The position numbers and the translations under genes are program-made. Shown one piece after another: positions 58,889 to 64,000 of a stretch of 64,000 nucleotides of DNA. Position 1 is the stretch's first letter. Each line of letters begins with the position of its first letter. The notes beneath the pieces were generated by a model. It was not told the DNA's origin and did not search any database. It saw nothing but the letters and a program-made list of their open reading frames with translations. Source of the stretch: Escherichia phage HMD-9; the sequence record PV287714.1, one strand, 5' to 3'.

Positions 58889-60348
58889 AGACCAGTTACC
58901 TCATGAAAATCACCAAATACATCCTCGAATGTATTAGCTTTAGTTTTATCTTCACGTAAACGAATCGCAATCGGAAGAAATAATTTAACGTAATCAGTGC
59001 GGCCATCAGATTTTAACCAACCATTGCATTCGCACTCTAGAATTTTTCCAATATAATAATTTTGGTTTTCCATAATGCGAGTACGGTCAAGTTCATGCGA
59101 TTTTACACCGGCTTTATCTTTTAAGCCTGAACCAGCATTTACTTTAATTTTTCCACACTCTGACTCAAGAATAAATCCACCTGCTTTAGTAGGGTCTTTA
59201 CGGTGAGGATAAATTCCTACAATTTTTAAATCAACATCAATTACTTCTTTAAATTTATAGAGATTTTTTGAACGAGCATTTTCCCATAATCCATCGATAT
59301 TTTTGAGAATAATACCTTCAAGACCTTGGTCAATATACTTTTTATAAATTACCTTAGCTTCATCTAGGTTATTTACTACCTGGTTTTCAATTAAAATTAC
59401 TTTATCATAGCCTGATGTCATTTGTTCTAGTTTAGAAAAACGTACATCATATTTCAAACGAAATGCAGGAAGACCGTATATTTCTACCAACGGGACATAA
59501 TCCCAGACCTGAAACTTCATGCATTGAGCTTCTTTTTCAGAAATGGTTCCCTTTAAAGATTTATTGGCGATGCCATTAGATGCAGTACGTGATTCAGCTA
59601 CTTCTGTGAAGTCTTTAACTTTGCTGTTTCCAGGATGAGCATCAAAAAGAAAATCTAGGCCTTCTGGCTCCTTTTTAACTTGCTCGTGGTATACCAATTC
59701 GCCATCAATTAACACACCTTCTGGATGAATCTGGCGGGCTTCAGCAGTCATTTTGATTAACTCTTCCTTAAGAAGATCTAATCCTAGATATTCATTACCA
59801 GCTCGTGATAAAAGACGAACATCATCTAATTCATCACCTCGGACTTCAGCAAAACACCGAGCTCCATCTGCTTTTAACTGTGCAAAGGCTGGAAACTTAA
59901 TATTCTTATTAATGCCTTTTTCATCATAAGAACTTGCCAGCATTTGAGGTTGTTCAGGAATTAAACCTGGCCAAACTTTGTTTGCAATAGATACTGAAGC
60001 ACCGCATTCAAGGTCTCGCATCATAACTCGACGCAAAACTTCAACATCATCCTTTTTACCATCAGTGATATATCCAGTCAATTCCTCAATTGCAGCATTT
60101 CCAGTCAATTTCCGAGTAGCTAATGTGAATTCAATGAAGTCAAGCATATCGGTAAGAGTCAACATTCCAAAACTCTGGGTAGTAATACCAGGTTTAGGCC
60201 ATTTCTTGATATAATACTGCAACCCACGAGAATAAGTCAGACGATATACTCGTTTAAGCAATTCATTATCTTTATTCTTTTCAAGAATTGCTTGCTTCTG
60301 CTTAGTTGAACCAATAGATGCTATTTCGTTCAGAATTTTAAGAATCAT
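58885..60348 (-). CDS. 30: gp30 ATP-dependent DNA ligase
   Basis: 487 aa; adenylation lysine motif KADGAR; size matches T4 gp30. Confidence 0.95.
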   Translation of the reverse strand: MILKILNEIASIGSTKQKQAILEKNKDNELLKRVYRLTYSRGLQYYIKKWPKPGITTQSFGMLTLTDMLDFIEFTLATRKLTGNAAIEELTGYITDGKKDDVEVLRRVMMRDLECGASVSIANKVWPGLIPEQPQMLASSYDEKGINKNIKFPAFAQLKADGARCFAEVRGDELDDVRLLSRAGNEYLGLDLLKEELIKMTAEARQIHPEGVLIDGELVYHEQVKKEPEGLDFLFDAHPGNSKVKDFTEVAESRTASNGIANKSLKGTISEKEAQCMKFQVWDYVPLVEIYGLPAFRLKYDVRFSKLEQMTSGYDKVILIENQVVNNLDEAKVIYKKYIDQGLEGIILKNIDGLWENARSKNLYKFKEVIDVDLKIVGIYPHRKDPTKAGGFILESECGKIKVNAGSGLKDKAGVKSHELDRTRIMENQNYYIGKILECECNGWLKSDGRTDYVKLFLPIAIRLREDKTKANTFEDVFGDFHEVTGL

Positions 60349-60614
60349 TATTCATCCTTCAGAGTTTGGTTTACAGCTCTATTATAAATCAATTCATCAT
60401 TAAGCTCAGTCAAAGACTTATGATATGTGGTTCTAACTTTATTTCCTTGCATCCAGTGCTTGATATAAATGAAACCTTGCTCTACACATTTTTTAAAAAT
60501 TCGTTCGTCTTTTTGAGCTCGGAACTCTGGATTGCATCTAAAAAATTGATTTACGTGACCGTAATCACGTGTAGTATTACCTTCATTTTCATAAATAGTG
60601 TGAACAACAAACAT
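60348..60614 (-). CDS. hypothetical protein (30.1 position)
   Basis: 88 aa ORF. Confidence 0.55.
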   Translation of the reverse strand: MFVVHTIYENEGNTTRDYGHVNQFFRCNPEFRAQKDERIFKKCVEQGFIYIKHWMQGNKVRTTYHKSLTELNDELIYNRAVNQTLKDE

Positions 60615-61477
60615 TAGAATGCTCCTTGAAAAATATTATCACCACTAGTAAGTCTATTAAAATACCCTGCGTCGCCAGGCTTAATATAACTCCACGTGTG
60701 GAATGGATTCATATGATACGGGTGTGTATAATATGGATTATATGGATGTGTATAATATGGATGATATGGATTTAATCCAGGCGTTCTCCAAGTAGTGTTC
60801 CAAGGAAAAGAATCGTTTTTAACCATCTTCTCAATTACATCTTTTATAGCTTTTTCACTATCAAAACTTTCTTTATTTTCCTTTGGTGAAAAAAGCTTAT
60901 TCTCTACATCGTTCCATGTATAAACTCGCTGTGCAGTTTTTGGAATACTGTCACGCTCTCCTCGAGCCATCCAATAAACTGGAACATTTAATATTTCACT
61001 CGCGTGATCGCAGTGGTGAGCGAGATCATCAATATAACAAATTACGTTATATTTCTCTTTTGCCTTTTTGAACAACTCTTCTTTTGAAGAATCATGACCA
61101 CACATCAGTACTTCTGAAAAGGCACCAGGAAAAAGAGCATTCAAATTAAATTGACGATTCAGCAGAGCGTCAATAGAATCACCCAGTGCTGTAACAGCTA
61201 CAAAATTATAATCTTCTTTTAATTTGTTAATTACACACAGAGCATCTTTATATGGAGACAAATAACGAATAAAATCTGATCGATTATATTTTTCAATTAA
61301 CTTGACACCAAGTTCTTCATCACAATTAAAGAGTTTACCCGGAGAAATAAATTTCTCATCTTGGATCATTTTTAAAATATGTTCTAACGGAAGATTATAT
61401 TTCTGAGCAAAATAAGGAAGGCCTGATTGCCAGCTTAAACATACTCCATCAATATCAGTCAAAATAGTTGGCTTCAT
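60614..61477 (-). CDS. HAD-superfamily hydrolase-like protein with C-terminal His/Pro/Tyr repeat (30.2 position)
   Basis: 287 aa; motif I LTDIDGV, motif II VAVTA, motif IV YIDD..D; C-terminal NPYHPYYTHPYNPYYTHPYH. Confidence 0.6.
   Translation of the reverse strand: MKPTILTDIDGVCLSWQSGLPYFAQKYNLPLEHILKMIQDEKFISPGKLFNCDEELGVKLIEKYNRSDFIRYLSPYKDALCVINKLKEDYNFVAVTALGDSIDALLNRQFNLNALFPGAFSEVLMCGHDSSKEELFKKAKEKYNVICYIDDLAHHCDHASEILNVPVYWMARGERDSIPKTAQRVYTWNDVENKLFSPKENKESFDSEKAIKDVIEKMVKNDSFPWNTTWRTPGLNPYHPYYTHPYNPYYTHPYHMNPFHTWSYIKPGDAGYFNRLTSGDNIFQGAF
60724..60771. repeat. 24-nt tandem duplication x2 inside the 30.2-like ORF
   Basis: GTGTATAATATGGATTATATGGAT then GTGTATAATATGGATGATATGGAT (one mismatch); in frame, encodes the HPY repeat. 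Confidence 0.8.
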
Positions 61478-61938
61478 AGAGAGTCTCTTAATAGGTTTAA
61501 CACATCAATAAATTCAGCTTCGGTTAGTATTGTATCATCTTTTGTTAGACCACTAGCCATGCTGTGCTTCAAAACTTTTCCTTTCGAGGCTTGTAATGCA
61601 TCACGAAAGCCCCTGTTTTGGATCGCTGCTTCAAAATATGCATTTGTATATAATTCTTTCCACGCCGGGGAGTATCTTGAAAACGGAACTCCAAGCCAAA
61701 AGAGGGTCCCACGGTCCTGAGCTCTAGCATAAGATCGTCCAGCTTGTCGGGCGGCAAGCCCGGATAACCCAAATATGCGTCTTTGCTGTTCAACATTTTT
61801 CACCTTACACCCTTGGAGGAATCCTTCGAGACCTCCAAATTGAATACCATCCATAACGAAAGGCCATTGGGCGAAATTACTTAATGCACATGATGGCCAT
61901 TTAAAATTGCTTCTTATCTCTAGCTCAGACATTTTCAA
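61474..61938 (-). CDS. NADAR/YbiA-like (DUF1768-type) protein (30.3 position)
   Basis: 154 aa; LSNFAQWPFVMDGIQFGGLEGFLQGCKV and SGLAARQAGR resemble YbiA FSNFAAWPIKVDGKTWPTSEHYFQAQKF and SPMVAARMGR, aligned from memory only. Confidence 0.55.
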   Translation of the reverse strand: MKMSELEIRSNFKWPSCALSNFAQWPFVMDGIQFGGLEGFLQGCKVKNVEQQRRIFGLSGLAARQAGRSYARAQDRGTLFWLGVPFSRYSPAWKELYTNAYFEAAIQNRGFRDALQASKGKVLKHSMASGLTKDDTILTEAEFIDVLNLLRDSL

Positions 61939-62131
61939 TACTTATAATTTCAACATCAGCCCAATGACCATAGCAAGGAAGACGAAATTCAACTGGCCAG
62001 TTAGGGTCCTTTTCTAATATAATAGACTGAACTTGTGGCTCTTCATGTTCATCGGTATACGGACCTTTATACGTTACTTTATATGTGACCTTAATGTACT
62101 GAATTCCAAAAATCTTATTAATTATATTCAT
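61925..62131 (-). CDS. hypothetical protein
   Basis: 68 aa ORF in the 30.x block. Confidence 0.5.
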   Translation of the reverse strand: MNIINKIFGIQYIKVTYKVTYKGPYTDEHEEPQVQSIILEKDPNWPVEFRLPCYGHWADVEIISIENV

Positions 62132-62325
62132 ATTAATTCCTTTAATCCATAGATAGGAGATAATTCATCACCCATACGAAGGTCTTCATTTCCATCTACC
62201 CAGGAAACAATATAAGCCTCTTTTATTTGAATACCACTCCATTTAAATGGAGGTAGAACCTTAGAAATTAATCCAGGTATACCAACTCCCTTTAATTCAA
62301 CAGTTTGACCCGAAAAGAATTTCAT
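62128..62325 (-). CDS. hypothetical protein
   Basis: 65 aa ORF, ATGA-coupled. Confidence 0.5.
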   Translation of the reverse strand: MKFFSGQTVELKGVGIPGLISKVLPPFKWSGIQIKEAYIVSWVDGNEDLRMGDELSPIYGLKELI

Positions 62326-62612
62326 TAGAACCTCATCTGAAAACCATGCGATTTAACATTACCGCCGCCAATATCAGAAATGTTAATTTCGCGCGCAATT
62401 GAAGGGTCAATGTCAATTTCACGATTGAGTTTAGTGATAGCTAAAGTATCACGTCCATTTACAGTACGGAACTCTAAAGGGCAGACTACATTAACGTAGT
62501 TTTTAATCGATTCACTGGTAGGTTGCAAATGAGCAGGAAGGTCTTTAGGTGCCTTAGAGAAAACCACTTCACAGAAATTTTTGCGGGTATCAAAATAAGT
62601 AGTCATAAACAT
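62325..62612 (-). CDS. hypothetical protein
   Basis: 95 aa ORF. Confidence 0.5.
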   Translation of the reverse strand: MFMTTYFDTRKNFCEVVFSKAPKDLPAHLQPTSESIKNYVNVVCPLEFRTVNGRDTLAITKLNREIDIDPSIAREINISDIGGGNVKSHGFQMRF

Positions 62613-62629
62613 AGTATTTTCCTCAGTAA

Positions 62630-62643
62630 GGGGCCGAAGCCCC
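62630..62643. repeat. GC hairpin GGGGCCGAAGCCCC, copy 3 of 3
   Basis: identical 14-mer to 2889-2902 and 43312-43325; lies between two minus-strand ORFs. Confidence 0.6.
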
Positions 62644-62653
62644 TCATTTTATT

Positions 62654-63019
62654 TTAAATATCAAATTCGTTAAGAACTACATCAAAGATCGCTTCAAGAT
62701 GCTCAGGTTTAGCTCTGTTACTCAGAATATGACGAATCCAAGTTTTAACCAGAAGCTTACGATTGACGCCATTCCAGCAAGGATGAGTACCTAAATCGCG
62801 TTGACGAAAATCATCATCTAATGCGATTTTAAAAGAAGAACCTTCTTTCGTGATTGAAACCGTGATGCCATTTTCAAATCGCATATAAACGTAGTTAGGA
62901 GTCATATACTGTTCAATTTCGCATATTGATCCATTTTGGTGTTTCCAAAGGCAGATAGTATCAATAGAACCTGCAATACCGTTAGAAACATATTTACGTT
63001 CAAAGTTGATGTAGTTCAT
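62654..63019 (-). CDS. hypothetical protein
   Basis: 121 aa ORF. Confidence 0.55.
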   Translation of the reverse strand: MNYINFERKYVSNGIAGSIDTICLWKHQNGSICEIEQYMTPNYVYMRFENGITVSITKEGSSFKIALDDDFRQRDLGTHPCWNGVNRKLLVKTWIRHILSNRAKPEHLEAIFDVVLNEFDI

Positions 63020-63087
63020 TTTTATTCTCCGAGATGTTTAATTGCGGTACAGGTATATAATATCATATCCTGTACCAAAGTAAACAA

Positions 63088-63420
63088 TTATTTTACTACT
63101 TTCCAGTGCTGCATGTCAAGTTTACCAACTTTTTTCATCTTCTCAATTAAGCGTTCGGCACGTTGGCGAGCTGTAACATAATACCATTCACCCAATTCAT
63201 TTTGTTCAATTTTTCCAACGATTACTGTATTCAATTCATAAATCCAACCAGTAAAGAAATTATGAACTTGGATTGTAAAGGTGAAATCTGTTCCCATACC
63301 TTCTGTTGTTTCTACTTCAATAATATCACCTTCAACTGCCATTAAGAACCACATAGTTTCATCATATTTACCATTGAAGCATTTAGTTTTAACTGTGGCG
63401 TTCAGATTAATCGTTTTCAT
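63088..63420 (-). CDS. hypothetical protein
   Basis: 110 aa ORF with SD GGAGAATAAA before ATG. Confidence 0.55.
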   Translation of the reverse strand: MKTINLNATVKTKCFNGKYDETMWFLMAVEGDIIEVETTEGMGTDFTFTIQVHNFFTGWIYELNTVIVGKIEQNELGEWYYVTARQRAERLIEKMKKVGKLDMQHWKVVK

Positions 63421-63447
63421 TTTATTCTCCTTTGTTTGTGTAAGATA

Positions 63448-63477
63448 ATACTATCACAAAGGAACTATACTGTAAAC
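63448..63477 (-). promoter_or_regulatory. T4 early-type promoter (GTTTAC-N18-TAGTAT)
   Basis: minus-sense -35 GTTTAC and -10 TAGTAT with 18-nt spacer upstream of ORF 63088-63420. Confidence 0.45.
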
Positions 63478-63496
63478 AACTTTATGCAATCTTTGG

Positions 63497-63525
63497 AAAA
63501 TAAAAAAGGACTCCCGAAGGAGTCC
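63497..63525 (-). terminator. rho-independent terminator (UUCG hairpin plus U-run)
   Basis: minus-sense GGACUCC-UUCG-GGAGUCC followed by UUUUUUAUU. Confidence 0.65.
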
Positions 63526-63530
63526 TCAAC

Positions 63531-63749
63531 TTATGCTTTCTGCTTACCAAAACGAGAAGCATCATCTCGAAGAACCGCACGTGCTCGGCGCATGATCTTC
63601 TCAACAGTTTGATTGATACGAGAGTTCGACCCACGCTTGTAACCAGCGCGTTTAGAATCACCAACTTTCTTTTCAACTGCTTTCTTTGCTTTAGCTTGTT
63701 TTGCCATTATAAATTCTCTTTTAAATGAAAATGCAGGACTTATTGGCAT
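63531..63749 (-). CDS. small basic protein (30.9-like position); start uncertain (63749 or 63707)
   Basis: 72 aa ORF, Lys/Arg-rich (MAKQAKAKKAVEKKVGDSKRAGYKRGS..). Confidence 0.45.
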   Translation of the reverse strand: MPISPAFSFKREFIMAKQAKAKKAVEKKVGDSKRAGYKRGSNSRINQTVEKIMRRARAVLRDDASRFGKQKA

Positions 63750-63901
63750 TGCCTGCGCAGGCCCTCAAGGGGAACATAGGTTTTGAGTATTTACCGACAG
63801 GATAACCATAAACCTCGTCAACATTCAAGAGGTACACCGTAAAACAAAGTTCGACGGCTCCTCGATTTTAGCTCACACTAAGGCAGTGACTCTCCAATAA
63901 A

Positions 63902-64000
63902 TTACTTCAGTGTTACCACAAAGTGACGAACTGCTTTTCGTGCGGCAGAAGCCAGAGGCTTAGCATACTTAAGTTCATCTTTTTCCTGGAGCTCAGCGGC
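63902..64000 (-). CDS. 3' end of a gene continuing beyond the window (rIII-like position)
   Basis: open frame on minus strand ending at TAA 63904-63902; ..AAELQEKDELKYAKPLASAARKAVRHFVVTLK*. Confidence 0.3.
   Translation of the reverse strand, partial: AAELQEKDELKYAKPLASAARKAVRHFVVTLK

Noticed and set aside
38973-61796. Short ORFs antisense to or nested in genes 23, 24, inh, uvsW, 27-29, alt, 30 and the 30.x block (e.g. 38973-39377, 44577-44915, 46373-46630, 52412-52594, 57278-57898, 59978-60214, 61569-61796)
   Set aside because: Embedded in stronger ORFs; the hydrophobic or low-complexity translations are typical of antisense frames of AT-rich phage genes
63760-63790. Perfect palindrome GCCTGCGCAGGC as a possible operator or restriction-site cluster
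   Set aside because: A single 12-nt palindrome with no partner sites or adjacent regulator; could not be supported beyond chance from sequence alone

Overview
This window is a contiguous segment of a T4-like (T-even) myovirus genome; no bacterial chromosome, integrase, transposase or CRISPR array is present. All assignments rest on reading the sequence and on recall of T4 proteins; no database search was run. Left arm (minus strand, 1-11808): a partial internal-protein-like gene, lysozyme e, Nudix hydrolase nudE, a block of small membrane/unknown ORFs, two internal-protein-like genes, a 10-gene tRNA operon plus a tRNA-like non-coding tract, further small ORFs, two more internal-protein-like genes, then 57B, 57A, 1, 3, 2, 4. 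Centre (plus strand, 11856-41719): the late morphogenesis block 53, 5, 5.1, 5.4, 6-12, wac, 13-20, 67, 68, 21-24 with T4-type late promoters (TATAAATA) and GC hairpin terminators. Right arm: rnlB, two small ORFs, hoc, inh (minus); segE, uvsW, uvsW.1 (plus); uvsY, 25, 26 (minus); 51, 27, 28, 29, 48, 54 (plus); then alt with a split N-terminal duplicate, DNA ligase 30 and a 30.x accessory block (minus). Several ORF-track starts are TTG/GTG and were moved to the nearest ATG with a Shine-Dalgarno. The structural core is conventional; the less well-characterised content is in the accessory islands: a five-member family of ORFs with capsid-targeting N-termini flanked by repeated promoter/terminator cassettes, two extra tRNA genes relative to the canonical T4 set, a tRNA-like stable-RNA tract, a NADAR/YbiA-like ORF and a HAD-like ORF near the ADP-ribosyltransferase alt, and a PspA-like coiled-coil ORF. 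None of these is established here as a new system; the candidates and the tests that would decide them are listed in the findings.
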